DNA of 64,000 nucleotides. Origin: Candidatus Multivoradales bacterium. GTDB lineage: Bacteria > Acidobacteriota > Thermoanaerobaculia > Multivoradales > JAHEKO01. The stretch is taken from positions 96,001-160,000 of the forward strand of contig CBDCVR010000013.1 in the NCBI GenBank assembly GCA_965223155.1, given 5' to 3'. Each line of letters opens with the position of its first letter. Positions within the stretch are counted from its first letter, which is position 1. This document shows positions 1-9,998 of this stretch, piece by piece. A program made the position numbers and the translations under genes. A model generated the notes under the pieces. The model made no database searches. It was not told where the DNA came from and was given only the letters and a program-made list of their open reading frames with translations.

Positions 1-483
1 CGTGGCCAGTGTCAGGGCCATGCTGGGACCCAGGAGCGGCGCGATCACCATCGCGCCCACGACTACCGCGGCCTGGTTCTTGGCCAGCCCGATGGCGGCG
101 ATGACCGCGGCCAGTCCCGTAGTGATGAGGAACTCCGGGGTCGTGCGGCTCATCGATTCGAGATCCTCGTAGAGCTCCTGCCGGCTGATCCGACGGCCCA
201 GAAGGCCTCGGCGCCCGGCCCCGGCCGGAGTCGATTCCGAGACTATGTCTGGAACCGTGGCCTCGAGCGGCAGCACCAGAATGCGGGCATCCGGCTGGGC
301 AGCGATCACGGGTTGCAGTGGATCCAGGAGCGCTTCGACCCGGTCCGCCGGCACCGCGACGCGCAGCACGGCGCGCTCGGTCCCGGATTCCCAAGACCAG
401 GCGGGCTCGGTCGCCTCGATCGCCAGACGCACGGCTTCCAGCCGATCGGGTGGGACGTAGATCTCGACGAGGCGCTCGCGCAT
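1..483 (-). CDS. TIGR00341/DUF389 family membrane protein (runs off window edge)
   Basis: Manual minus-strand translation from ATG 483: MRERLVEIYVP...RISRQELYEDLESMSRTTPEFLITTGLAAVIAAIGLAKNQAAVVVGAMVIAPLLGPSMAL; the GAMVIAPLLGP motif is typical of DUF389. Confidence 0.85.
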   Translation of the reverse strand, partial: MRERLVEIYVPPDRLEAVRLAIEATEPAWSWESGTERAVLRVAVPADRVEALLDPLQPVIAAQPDARILVLPLEATVPDIVSESTPAGAGRRGLLGRRISRQELYEDLESMSRTTPEFLITTGLAAVIAAIGLAKNQAAVVVGAMVIAPLLGPSMALTLAT

Positions 484-580
484 CGGATTCCCTGGCGGAG
501 GCCGAGGTTACCAGGCGTAAGGGATCCGGATTCCAGCGCCTGGAGTATGCTGGAGGTGTGACGAGCTCGATCGGGGCCAG

Positions 581-1753
581 GTGGACTTTCCAGCGAGGGC
601 GGCCGTGAAGCGCATCGGGGTCCTCACCGGCGGCGGCGACGTGCCCGGTCTGAACGCGGTGATCAAGGCGGTGGTGCACCGCATGCGCCGGGAAGGCCGC
701 GAAGTGCTCGGTCTGCGCCGGGGCTGGGCTTCTTTGGTGCACCTCGTGCCCGGCGACTCGTCCGCTAACGAGGAGTGGACCGTGGAGTTGGACCGGGCCT
801 CGACCCGCCGTATTGATCGCTCGGGCGGCACGGTGCTCCATAGCTCGCGGCTCAACCCAGCGCTGCTGCTACCCAATCAGGTCCCGGAGCATCTCGAGGC
901 CGAGGTGGTTGGTGAAGTGTTCGACGCCACCGAGCACGTCTTGCGAGTGATCGAACATCTGGAGCTCGATGCGGTGGTCGCGATCGGTGGCGACGGCACC
1001 CTGTCCTACGCGCGCCGGTTGCACGAAGAGGGGGTGCCGGTTCTGGCAGTTCCCAAGACCATGGACAACGACGTGTACGGCACGGACTACAGCATTGGGT
1101 TCTCGACCGCGGTCAGCCGCAGCGTGCACTTCATCAACGATCTGCGCACCGCAGCGGGTTCTCACGAGCGGGTCCTGGTGGTGGAGCTCTTCGGCCGCCA
1201 CTCGGGCGAGCCCTGCCTGCTGACTTCGTATCTGGCGGCCGTCGATCGGGCGGTGCTGGCGGAAGTGCCCTTCGATCCAGAGCGCTTGTGTGGGCTGCTG
1301 CTGCGGGATAAGCAGGCGAGTCCCTCGAACTACTCGGTGCTGGCGATCTCCGAAGGAGCGCACGTCGTAGACGGCGAGCCTCTCGAGAGCGGCGAGGCGG
1401 ATGCCGTCGGCCATCGCAAGCTGGGCGGCATCGGCGCCGAGGTCACCGCGCACTTGAAGCGCGTCAGCGGCGAGCGCGCCATGTACCAGCCGCTGGGCTA
1501 CCTGATGCGCTCGGGCCCCCCGGACGCCCTCGACTTGCTCGTCGCCAACAACTTCGGCAACCTGGTCGCGGATCTGCTGCTGGCGGGCAAGGCTGGCTTG
1601 ATGACGGCGGTGGTCGGCGGCCGCTACGCGGCGGTTTCGGTGGAGCGGGTGGGGGAGGGCGTGCGACGGGCGGACATCGATCGCTTCTACGACACCCAGA
1701 CCTACCGACCAAAGATGACCTCGGTGGCGAGCTTGCCCATGTTTCTGCACTGA
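581..1753 (+). CDS. pfkA: 6-phosphofructokinase (PfkA family, group III-like)
   Basis: GVLTGGGDVPGLNA, GGDG, PKTMDND, GRHSG and LGYLMRSG motifs; start may be GTG 605. Confidence 0.92.
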   Translation: MDFPARAAVKRIGVLTGGGDVPGLNAVIKAVVHRMRREGREVLGLRRGWASLVHLVPGDSSANEEWTVELDRASTRRIDRSGGTVLHSSRLNPALLLPNQVPEHLEAEVVGEVFDATEHVLRVIEHLELDAVVAIGGDGTLSYARRLHEEGVPVLAVPKTMDNDVYGTDYSIGFSTAVSRSVHFINDLRTAAGSHERVLVVELFGRHSGEPCLLTSYLAAVDRAVLAEVPFDPERLCGLLLRDKQASPSNYSVLAISEGAHVVDGEPLESGEADAVGHRKLGGIGAEVTAHLKRVSGERAMYQPLGYLMRSGPPDALDLLVANNFGNLVADLLLAGKAGLMTAVVGGRYAAVSVERVGEGVRRADIDRFYDTQTYRPKMTSVASLPMFLH

Positions 1754-1758
1754 GGCCG

Positions 1759-3633
1759 ATGCGACGAATCTCGAGAGCGATGTCCACAACGATTCCGCAC
1801 ACCGTGGTGTGGCTCGGGGTCTCGGTAGCGAGCCTCGCTGCCAGCGTTGTCGCCCAGTCGCCGCCGGCCGGAGGCCCGGCCGAAGCCGCGGCCAGCGTTC
1901 CGGAGGCGAGATTCTCAGAGAGCGTCGCGGTCGAGCTCGTCACGGTGGACGTATGGGTGACGGATGAGGCCGGGGATGCCGTGTCCGGACTGGACGCTAC
2001 GGAATTCGAGTTACTGCACGACGGCAAGCCGGTCGCGATCGAGCATTTCTCCGAAATGCGGTCGGCCGGATCCGGACGACGGCAAGCTACGCGAGCCTCC
2101 GGCATCGCGACGAGCCTTCAGCAGCCGAGCCCCGAAAGTCACTTGATCGTGTATCTGGATCGATCCCGGCTGCACCCGGTCCACCTGCCGGCGGCGATTC
2201 AGGGACTCCGGGATCTCGTACGAAGCGGCACCGTCCAACCCGAGCAGCTGATGGTTCTGCGTCAGGACGAGGGGCTCTTCGTGGAGGCTCCTTTCGGCTC
2301 CTCGGCACGAGATCTCGAAGACGCGCTCGATCGACTGGCCGAGCCGAGCGCGGGCGGAGCCGACTTCGAAACGGAGACCGAACAAGCACTCGACGCGATC
2401 CGCCGCATTTGGGAAGAGAATCGCGATGTCGCAAGCAGCCGCGCGGCGGGCATTGCGGGCGCCTCCCAGCCCTCGGCCGGGGGGCCGCCGGCCGGCGTCC
2501 CTTCGGGCGGTCCGCGTGGCGTGGTCGGCGGCGTCGGCACCGGAGGGGCGTCGGACGCCTGCGGCTCGTTTGTCGGCCAGGTGCAGCCCGTCCTGGCTTC
2601 GTGGGCGCGCTCACGGGCCGCGCGACTCGAGCGAACTCTGGCCAGCCTCTACGACCTGACCGGATTCCTGGCGGGCCTCTCGGGTGTCAAGAGCCTGGTC
2701 TACGTCAGCGACGGACTCGAGACCGATCCCGGGAACGCGCTGGCGACCTTCGCCGCCGGCTTCTGCCCGACCGGGGCAACGCAGCTGCTGGCCGGGACAC
2801 GCACCGAAGACCGCAGCTCGGCCTTCTTGAGCCTGACCCGCCACGCCAATGCGAACCGGGTTACGGTGCATTCCCTCCAGGCCACGGGACTGCGGGCGCC
2901 ACGGGCGCAGTCGGCGGCACGGGGGCGCCGGGTGCGCTCCGGAAGCGAGCGCTCGGGCGGATCGTTCGAGCAGACCCGCCGCGCGAGCGAGCGGCGCGGG
3001 CTCGAGGTCTTGAGCGGGGAGACGGGGGGCCGGGTTGTCGTCAATCAGAACGAGCTGGGGCCGGGGCTGAGGAAGATCGCCGCCGACGCCTCGGGGTACT
3101 ACTCGTTGGCCTACCGGCCGCCGGCAGCGGTCGGCCGCGAGCACCGGATCGAAGTTCGCTCGAAGACGTCCTCGCATCGGCTGCGCTACCGGCGTGGCTA
3201 CGTCTCCAAGGATCCGTCCCAGCGGTTGGCCGAACGGACTCAGGGAGCACTCAATCTGGGCCTCAGCCGGAATCCGCTCGAGGTTCGACTCGGAGCAGGA
3301 GAGGTCGAGGCTCTGCCTGATGGGCGCTACCGGCTGCCGCTGCACGTGGTCGTGCCGGCCGAGCGCATCGTCTTTGTGCCGAGTCCGACCGAGTCGGTGG
3401 CCGAGATCGCGATCCAGGTCCTGACGCGGCCGGTCGAAGGTGGGCAGGTGGCGAAGGCCGGTCAGACGTTTCGGATTCGTGGAGCCGCGGGTGGAGCGGC
3501 CAACACCGGTTCGGCGGCCCTGACCGTGCCCCTGGAGCTGCCGGGTGGCGTCTACGTCACCGCGGTGGGCGTCCTCGACGCGGCCAGCGGCGAGATGTCG
3601 TTCGTGTCGACCACCTTGCAAATCGGGTCCTAG
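1759..3633 (+). CDS. VWA domain protein (VWFA-related Acidobacterial domain)
   Basis: Signal peptide; F.ESV.VELVTVDVWVTD..G..V.GL...EF; GVKSLVYVSDG; L...TGG; YYSLAY.P; HRIEV...LRYRRGY. Confidence 0.85.
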   Translation: MRRISRAMSTTIPHTVVWLGVSVASLAASVVAQSPPAGGPAEAAASVPEARFSESVAVELVTVDVWVTDEAGDAVSGLDATEFELLHDGKPVAIEHFSEMRSAGSGRRQATRASGIATSLQQPSPESHLIVYLDRSRLHPVHLPAAIQGLRDLVRSGTVQPEQLMVLRQDEGLFVEAPFGSSARDLEDALDRLAEPSAGGADFETETEQALDAIRRIWEENRDVASSRAAGIAGASQPSAGGPPAGVPSGGPRGVVGGVGTGGASDACGSFVGQVQPVLASWARSRAARLERTLASLYDLTGFLAGLSGVKSLVYVSDGLETDPGNALATFAAGFCPTGATQLLAGTRTEDRSSAFLSLTRHANANRVTVHSLQATGLRAPRAQSAARGRRVRSGSERSGGSFEQTRRASERRGLEVLSGETGGRVVVNQNELGPGLRKIAADASGYYSLAYRPPAAVGREHRIEVRSKTSSHRLRYRRGYVSKDPSQRLAERTQGALNLGLSRNPLEVRLGAGEVEALPDGRYRLPLHVVVPAERIVFVPSPTESVAEIAIQVLTRPVEGGQVAKAGQTFRIRGAAGGAANTGSAALTVPLELPGGVYVTAVGVLDAASGEMSFVSTTLQIGS

Positions 3634-3635
3634 CC

Positions 3636-4838
3636 GTGACCTCGCGCTCCGCTTGGGCGACTCTTCTTCGCGGCCCCGCATTGGGTTTGGCCGCGGCGGT
3701 CTGGATCGGCGCGGTGTCCGGCTGCGCGGCCCGTCCTGCGCCAGAATCCGCGGCTGCCGCCGGGGGTGGCGATCTCGAGACGGTCTCACCCCCAGAGCGT
3801 CTTGCTTGCGACAACGCTCGTCTCACGGGCTACGACGAGCTCCTGGTGCTGGCGCCCCATCCCGACGATGAGGTCCTGGCCTTCGCGGGTCTCATCTCGG
3901 CCTATCTGGAGGCCGGCAAGCCGGTTGAGGTGGTGGTCGTGACCGACGGCGACGCCTATTGCGACGCCTGCCGGTTCTGGAAATCCGGGTCGATCGACGG
4001 CCCCTTGTGCGATGCCAGCGAGCTCTCCAACTTCGCAACGCCGGAGATCGACAGCCTGGCCGAAGTTCGGCGTGCGGAGAGCCGAGCGGCGCTCGAAGTG
4101 TTGGGCGGACCCGAGCCAGTGTTCTTGGGCTACCCGGACACGGGGCTTGCCGCCTCCTGGGCGAATCTCGAAAGCGGCGTCCCCGAGGCTTTGCTGCGGA
4201 GATCCGATTTCTCGGCGGTCGCGGATTGTTCGTCGGGTTACGGAGCCGGCCCCGAGACCGCGCTCACCGCCGAGAGCCTGGAGTTCGCGCTTGGCGAAAG
4301 GCTGGCCCGCACCTCCGAGACGGCCCTCATCGCGACTACCCATTGGCTCGACGGGCACGGCGATCACGCGGGCCTGGGGCGCTGGGTCCGGAAGTTGAAC
4401 GGTGAGCTGGACCGTCCGCGGGCGCTCGCCTACGGCGTCGTCCACGCCCACACACCCAAGGATACGCCTCACTTCGACTGCTGGTATCCGGAGCCTCGGG
4501 CTCTCGAATGCCCCTGCTTTGGCCTCGGCGTCACCTCGGCTCCTTTGGGCCGCCTGGCCGAGTTGCGCGAGCATCGTCTTCGTCCCTCCTGGCCGGCGGC
4601 GCTGCCCGACGACGCCGACTACGGCCCCGAGAGCCAGCTCTGCCTGGAACCCGAGTTCTATTCTGGGGCCGCGGCCCGCAAGCTCGCGGCGGTGCGCGCC
4701 TACGCCTCGCAGCTCGGCTTCGCCGGTCGCAACGAGGCGCCGCCGGTCGCGGCGCGCGGCTTGATGGACTGCAACGGCTACTTGCTTTCGTTCGTGCGCC
4801 GCTCGGAGGCGTTCGTGCTCGTCGACGGCAGCCGCTGA
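3636..4838 (+). CDS. PIG-L/LmbE family deacetylase, probable lipoprotein
   Basis: APHPDDE, TDGD, R..ES..A, HGDH and Y.SQ motifs; VSGC lipobox. Confidence 0.88.
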   Translation: MTSRSAWATLLRGPALGLAAAVWIGAVSGCAARPAPESAAAAGGGDLETVSPPERLACDNARLTGYDELLVLAPHPDDEVLAFAGLISAYLEAGKPVEVVVVTDGDAYCDACRFWKSGSIDGPLCDASELSNFATPEIDSLAEVRRAESRAALEVLGGPEPVFLGYPDTGLAASWANLESGVPEALLRRSDFSAVADCSSGYGAGPETALTAESLEFALGERLARTSETALIATTHWLDGHGDHAGLGRWVRKLNGELDRPRALAYGVVHAHTPKDTPHFDCWYPEPRALECPCFGLGVTSAPLGRLAELREHRLRPSWPAALPDDADYGPESQLCLEPEFYSGAAARKLAAVRAYASQLGFAGRNEAPPVAARGLMDCNGYLLSFVRRSEAFVLVDGSR

Positions 4839-4877
4839 AGCGGGACGCCGGACGGCTCGGGCTCGTGCCTCCGTTTG

Positions 4878-4893
4878 GCTAAATCGTTTCAGT
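4878..4893. promoter_or_regulatory. Putative LacI-family operator upstream of the symporter
   Basis: GCTAAATCGTTTCAGT, an imperfect CG-centred palindrome; its first 12 nt are identical to the site at 21459. Confidence 0.65.
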
Positions 4894-4912
4894 GTGGTGT
4901 AGGATCCCGCCC

Positions 4913-6808
4913 ATGCTCGTAGACTTCGTGTTGCTCGATTGGATCTGGGTCGGGCTCTTCATAGGACTGATGGTCCTGTGTGGGGTGATCTTCTACCGGT
5001 TGGGAAAGCGTAGCGAGGCGGATTTCTTCCTGGCGGGACGGGGTCTGCCTTGGTGGCTGCCCGCGACCTCGGTCTACGCCACCCACACCGCCACCGACAC
5101 GCCCATGTGGATCACGGGAACGATCTACAAGTGGGGGATGCGCGGTATCTGGTATCCGTTCTTTTCGGCTTGGTGCGCGATCTCTCCCTTTGTTTCGACC
5201 CGCATCTTCCGGAGGTCGCTGGCGATGAGCCAGGCCGAGTGGCAGAGCCTGCGCTATTCGGGCTTGGGCTCCGAGCTCCTGCGCGGTTGGTTGGCGGGTT
5301 GGCAGACTTTCATGAACATGTTCGTCGTGGCCTGGGTCTCGGCGGCGATGGGCAAGGTCTGCATCTATCTTTTCGGCTGGCCCGCCTGGGTCGGCATCGT
5401 GGTCTTCACCTCGATCTGCGCGATCTACGTGCTGACCGCGGGCTACTGGGGCGTGGTCATGGCCGACTTCCAGCAGGGACTGATCAGCTTCGCGGTCATC
5501 ACCCTGGTGTCGCTGTGGGGAATTTACGAGGCCGGCGGCCCGACCATGATCGTCGACAAGCTGGCCACCCTGGGGGAGGGCTGGCGCACGAATCCGTTCC
5601 ACTTCGACGCGTTCATGGGGCTGGATCCGGACAAGTTCTACGCCCTCGACGTCATTACCCTGCTGGTGATGGCGATTTTCGGCGGTCTGGGCATGGGCAA
5701 CTTCATCGACTGGTACCCGGAAGCGCAACGCATCCAGAGCGCCCGCACCGTCCGGGACGCGGCCTACTCGATTTGGGCCGGCGGGCTGGCGGCGATCTTC
5801 CGGAACTCCTTCTGGGCGGTCTCGATCCTGGCCTTCTTCGTCATGTTCCCGGGGATCCGCGACCAGAGCGTGTACGAGTTCGGCTGGTTCCAGCTCGGGT
5901 TCGACTACCTGCCGGCCGGCCTCATTGGCATGCTGTTCGCGGCGATCGTGGCGATCCATCTGTCCACGATCTCGACCCACCTCAATCTGGGCGCGCTCTA
6001 CGCCACCCGGGATTTGTACCACCACTACATCAATCCGAAGGCCGACGAGCGCCGGCTGGTCACGGTGGGCCGCATCAACACCCTCATCCTGCTCATCGGA
6101 AGCTTCGTTTTGGGTCTCTCGATGGAGAACATCACCAAGTGGTTGATCTTCGCCCTCTGGCTTCAGGCGGCCGGCATCTGGGTGCCCTCGATCCTGCAGG
6201 TACTGTGGTGGCGCTTCAACTCCTGGGCCTATCTGGCGAGCTGGATCGCCAATCTGGTGATGAGCTGGCTGGTGGTCTTCGTGCTGCCGGCTGTGGGCGT
6301 CTTGCCGGCGCTCCCCGATTGGGCCAGCTTCTGGCTCCTGGCCGTGCTGGTGGCGCTGGTCTACGTTCCGGTGTGTTTCTTGACCAAGCCGGACGACATG
6401 GATCACCTGGTGGACTACTACGTGCAGGCGCGGCCGGCGGGGGCTTGGGGCCCGGTCAAGCAGGAAGCGATCCGGCGCGGCTTGATCCCTGCCACCGAAA
6501 GCCACAAGAGCCACGGTTTGCTGCATCCTGAATGGACGCCCGAGGAGGCCGATATGTGGACCGCTCACGATTTCGTGGCCGCTCTGCTGTCGGCCGCGTG
6601 CTACATCCTGGTGGCGATCGGCGTCGCCGGTACGTTGCTCTTCCGCCCCTGGGGCTACGCCAGCCTGGCCGCTAGCGCACTGTGCGCGGTGGCCATGTTC
6701 AAGATCATCGATCCGAAGATGAAGGCCATGTCGGTGGCCTTCGAGAGCAATCAGGCGGACTATCTCGAACGGGTCAATCAGAAGACCCGCTGGGAGGGGC
6801 ACCCATGA
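4913..6808 (+). CDS. Sodium:solute symporter (SSS family)
   Basis: DFFLAGRGLPWW, GVVMADF.Q, QRI.SAR, LPAGL.G...A, RDLY motifs; many TM segments; ATG 4913 preferred over GTG 4892. Confidence 0.92.
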   Translation: MLVDFVLLDWIWVGLFIGLMVLCGVIFYRLGKRSEADFFLAGRGLPWWLPATSVYATHTATDTPMWITGTIYKWGMRGIWYPFFSAWCAISPFVSTRIFRRSLAMSQAEWQSLRYSGLGSELLRGWLAGWQTFMNMFVVAWVSAAMGKVCIYLFGWPAWVGIVVFTSICAIYVLTAGYWGVVMADFQQGLISFAVITLVSLWGIYEAGGPTMIVDKLATLGEGWRTNPFHFDAFMGLDPDKFYALDVITLLVMAIFGGLGMGNFIDWYPEAQRIQSARTVRDAAYSIWAGGLAAIFRNSFWAVSILAFFVMFPGIRDQSVYEFGWFQLGFDYLPAGLIGMLFAAIVAIHLSTISTHLNLGALYATRDLYHHYINPKADERRLVTVGRINTLILLIGSFVLGLSMENITKWLIFALWLQAAGIWVPSILQVLWWRFNSWAYLASWIANLVMSWLVVFVLPAVGVLPALPDWASFWLLAVLVALVYVPVCFLTKPDDMDHLVDYYVQARPAGAWGPVKQEAIRRGLIPATESHKSHGLLHPEWTPEEADMWTAHDFVAALLSAACYILVAIGVAGTLLFRPWGYASLAASALCAVAMFKIIDPKMKAMSVAFESNQADYLERVNQKTRWEGHP

Positions 6809-7206
6809 TCGACGAAGCAATCGGCAAGATCCTGGGCATGGCGATGGCGTACGTCGCCAGCGCGGCAGGTCTCTTTGTGGCCTACGTCAATTATCGAAAG
6901 CGCATCGTCAAGGCCGACAAGGTCATGACGCCCGCCGCCTGGGCCACGATCGCGATCGTCGTGGTCGCCCTGGCCGCCGGCGTTCTCGTGGTCGGGAGCC
7001 TGGCCACCGAGCGGGCCGAGCCCGCGGCGGTCGAGATCGCCGAAGCACCGCCGCCGGAGGTCGAGGCGCCGCCTCCGGTACCGTCCGAGCCGGAGCCTCG
7101 TCAGCAATGGAGCTGGCTGGGCGTTTTGCTGCCGGCCTCGATCTTTCTGTTCGCGACCGTCGTCACCGCTAGCCTGCACCGGCGCTTCTCGACCCACGGC
7201 CACTAG
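6805..7206 (+). CDS. Small membrane protein, ~3 TM, coupled to the symporter
   Basis: ATGA overlap with the symporter stop, GGAGG upstream; three hydrophobic segments and a Pro/Glu-rich linker. Confidence 0.7.
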   Translation: MIDEAIGKILGMAMAYVASAAGLFVAYVNYRKRIVKADKVMTPAAWATIAIVVVALAAGVLVVGSLATERAEPAAVEIAEAPPPEVEAPPPVPSEPEPRQQWSWLGVLLPASIFLFATVVTASLHRRFSTHGH

Positions 7207-7215
7207 CCGAAGGCT

Positions 7216-9912
7216 CTAGGCGGGCCCCGGCACGTTGATGCCGCGGTAGGAGAGGACGGGCTCTTCGTCGCCGAGGGCGTGGGACGGGATGCTGCCCTTG
7301 ACCCTTAGGGTCTCACCCGGAAGGAGCGTTACGTAGTTGTCGCTCCACAGGACCGGAGCCGCGCGCCGGCCGGATTCGGCGCCCATGATCTTGAGCTCGA
7401 CGAAGAAGGCCAATCGCTCGGACGGATTGCTGAGGGTCACGGCCACGTCGTAGCCCTCGGAGGTGCCGTCGAAGCGGTGCTCGACGTCGAGGGCGACCTC
7501 GGGCATCCGAGCCAGGCCGGTCAGGTCGGCATAGTCCGCCATGGGAGTCACGAACCACTCGGAGGCGTCCCAATCGTGGACGTCCTCGCTAGTAGAGAGC
7601 CAGTAGAGGCTTCGGGCCAGCTCGGTGCTCCCGGTGGCGGCTGAGTCCTCGGTATCGGCCGCGGTTTCGAGGCGGGCGTCCAGAAAGTAGGCGCCTCCCG
7701 AAGTCGCGATCGGTGGCAGGGTCGCAACCCGTTCGAGGGACTCGGCGGCTACGTCCAGCGAGATCTCGTCCTCGAAGAGGGTCTTGGAGTCGAGGTCCAG
7801 GACCCGGAGCCGGACGGTGGCGCCGGCCAGCTCCCGGCCGGTGTCGTTGACGACCACGATGCCGCGGTCGGCGTAGTCGTAGGCGATGTTGGTCGGGCGC
7901 GAGGCGTCCCGGGCACCGTAGAAGGCTCCGTTGGGCACCAGGTAGTGATCGTAAAGCTGCCAGTACATCTCGGGCCATGCGGAGTTGAGCATCCACTGGA
8001 TGAGCCCGGTGGTCTCAGGACGGCGAATCGAGAACGCTTCGAACATGGCCCGCATGCCCTCGTAGTTCGCGACCTGGGCGACGCGGGCGAACTCGTCCAG
8101 CCCTTTGGTCGGTCCGTAGCGCCGGTCGAGGGCTTCCCGGTAGCGGTCGAGCGTGTTGAAGTTGTGGCGGCCGCAGTGGTAGTGCCACATATCGTCGATC
8201 GGCCACCAGTTTTCCTCCGGCAACATGCGCCGGATGCTGTCGGCCGGTGGCGGCTGCGGACCAGGTCCGGTCTCGCTGTTGAAGCCGTAGGCGCCACCCC
8301 GTTCGCTGTCCAGGTACCAGTAGCTGGGTGCGACCCAATCGTAGGGTCCTAGCATCTTGACGCCGCTCGGACCGCTGACCTCGCTGACGCCGCGGGCGCA
8401 GGAGGCCAGGGTGGGCCGCGTCGGATCCACCTCGGCAAGCTCGGCGTAGTAGCGTCGCTCCAGCTCGGGCCGGGGCAGCATGTCGCTGGCGAGCGCCCAG
8501 ACCAGGACGCTGGGATGGTTCCTGAGCCAGCGGACCTGGTCGGCCAGGGACCGAGACACCAGGCTCATCTCTTCCGGTGTGTCGATACCGCCGAACTCAT
8601 CGACCGGCGCGCCCAGGTACTCCTCCCATTCCCACTGGCAGCTCCAGCCGACGATCACCAGCAGTCCGTAGCGGTCGGCCAGCTCGTAGAGGCGCTGGCT
8701 GCTGCCCCAGAAGCCTTCCAGCCGGAGCGTGTTGAGATTCATGTGTTTGGCGTAGCGGATCTGGTCTTCGATCTTGCGGTCGGTGTCGGCCAAGAGCATG
8801 TCGTCGACCCACCCGCCGCCCCGAATCAAGACCTTCTTGCCATTGACCGCGTAGCCCCGGTAGCCCTCCTCGGTGAGGTAGTCCGAGACCTCGCGAATGC
8901 CGAAGGTGACGGCCTTGCGGTCGGCGATCTCGTTGCCGGTACGGAGCTCGAGGCCCAGGTCGTAGAGCTCGGGCTCACCCATCAGATTCGGCCACCAGAG
9001 CCGTGGACTCGCGATCTCGAAGGCGGGGATCGTGTTGGCGGTCAGGGTGAGCCTGCGATGTTCGTTGGCGTCGAGCTCGACCTCGTGCTCGAACTCGACC
9101 CCACCGGTCACCGTGCCGGCGACCGTCGCGGAGACAGGATCGTCGGAGTGGTTGCGCACCGTCACTTCGAGCGTCAGCCAGGCCTTGTCGAGGGTGTCGA
9201 GATCGACCTCGGTGCGCATGAAGACGTCGGCCAGGGAGGTCGAGCCCGTGCGGCGCAGACGGACTTCGCGCCAGAGGCCCATGTTGCGGTCTGGCGACGT
9301 GGGGTTCCAGTCCACGAAGCCCAGTGACGGATCACCGGGCTTCGGCGGGTGGACCAGCACGGCCAGGGCGTTGGCTCCCGCCGACAGGCGGCCGGTCACG
9401 TCGAGCTCCCAGATACGAAAGGATCCCTCGAGCTCTTCACGCGCGGCGACCTTGTGACCGTTGAGCCACACGTCGGCTGCGTAGTTGATGCCTTCGAAGA
9501 CCAGGCTGGCCGTGTCCGGGAGCGAATCGTCGATCGAGAAGACCGTGCGATACCACCAGGGCTCATCGAAGCGGCCGGCATCGAGGGCTTCCAGGTTGCG
9601 GGCGTAGTAGGGGTCCGGAATCTCGCCGGCTCGGTAGAGAGCCGCGACCACGGTCGAGGGCACCGAGGTTGGCGTCCAGTCGCCGTCGTCGAAGCCTTGG
9701 GTGGCGACCTCCGCGCCCCCGTTGGGCGTGGCGCTCGCCGGCGCGATGCGCCAGCTCTCGCGCAGTACCGACTCGAAGGCGGCATGATCTCCGGGCTCGG
9801 AATGCCGCGCGGGGGCGCAGCCCGCCAGCACGAGAGGAAGCGACAGGATCGACAGGACTAGGACTAGAAGGCGGAAGGCTGGAAGGGGGCGCAGGCCCCG
9901 GCGCTTGGGCAT
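7216..9912 (-). CDS. GH2 exo-beta-D-glucosaminidase (CsxA-like), lipoprotein
   Basis: LAGC lipobox; F.GINY.ADVWLNG, IRGGGW..D, NT.RLEG, LRNHPS...W...SD (Asp acid/base), GPYDWV.P.YW, FNSE (nucleophile), WMLNSAWP, WQLYD, WSDNY.TLLPGE. Confidence 0.88.
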   Translation of the reverse strand: MPKRRGLRPLPAFRLLVLVLSILSLPLVLAGCAPARHSEPGDHAAFESVLRESWRIAPASATPNGGAEVATQGFDDGDWTPTSVPSTVVAALYRAGEIPDPYYARNLEALDAGRFDEPWWYRTVFSIDDSLPDTASLVFEGINYAADVWLNGHKVAAREELEGSFRIWELDVTGRLSAGANALAVLVHPPKPGDPSLGFVDWNPTSPDRNMGLWREVRLRRTGSTSLADVFMRTEVDLDTLDKAWLTLEVTVRNHSDDPVSATVAGTVTGGVEFEHEVELDANEHRRLTLTANTIPAFEIASPRLWWPNLMGEPELYDLGLELRTGNEIADRKAVTFGIREVSDYLTEEGYRGYAVNGKKVLIRGGGWVDDMLLADTDRKIEDQIRYAKHMNLNTLRLEGFWGSSQRLYELADRYGLLVIVGWSCQWEWEEYLGAPVDEFGGIDTPEEMSLVSRSLADQVRWLRNHPSVLVWALASDMLPRPELERRYYAELAEVDPTRPTLASCARGVSEVSGPSGVKMLGPYDWVAPSYWYLDSERGGAYGFNSETGPGPQPPPADSIRRMLPEENWWPIDDMWHYHCGRHNFNTLDRYREALDRRYGPTKGLDEFARVAQVANYEGMRAMFEAFSIRRPETTGLIQWMLNSAWPEMYWQLYDHYLVPNGAFYGARDASRPTNIAYDYADRGIVVVNDTGRELAGATVRLRVLDLDSKTLFEDEISLDVAAESLERVATLPPIATSGGAYFLDARLETAADTEDSAATGSTELARSLYWLSTSEDVHDWDASEWFVTPMADYADLTGLARMPEVALDVEHRFDGTSEGYDVAVTLSNPSERLAFFVELKIMGAESGRRAAPVLWSDNYVTLLPGETLRVKGSIPSHALGDEEPVLSYRGINVPGPA

Positions 9913-9998
9913 CGTTGTCTCCCGAAAAAGGTGTCCCGCTTGCAAGCTCCGCGGGAGGATATCCTACGGTCGCGCGCTGTCGACGGCCGCAGCCTGCC

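Noticed and set aside
4889-6820. Long antisense ORFs (also 13386-15380, 18594-20099, 25804-27282 and others)
   Set aside because: Shadow frames of well-supported genes, expected in high-GC DNA.
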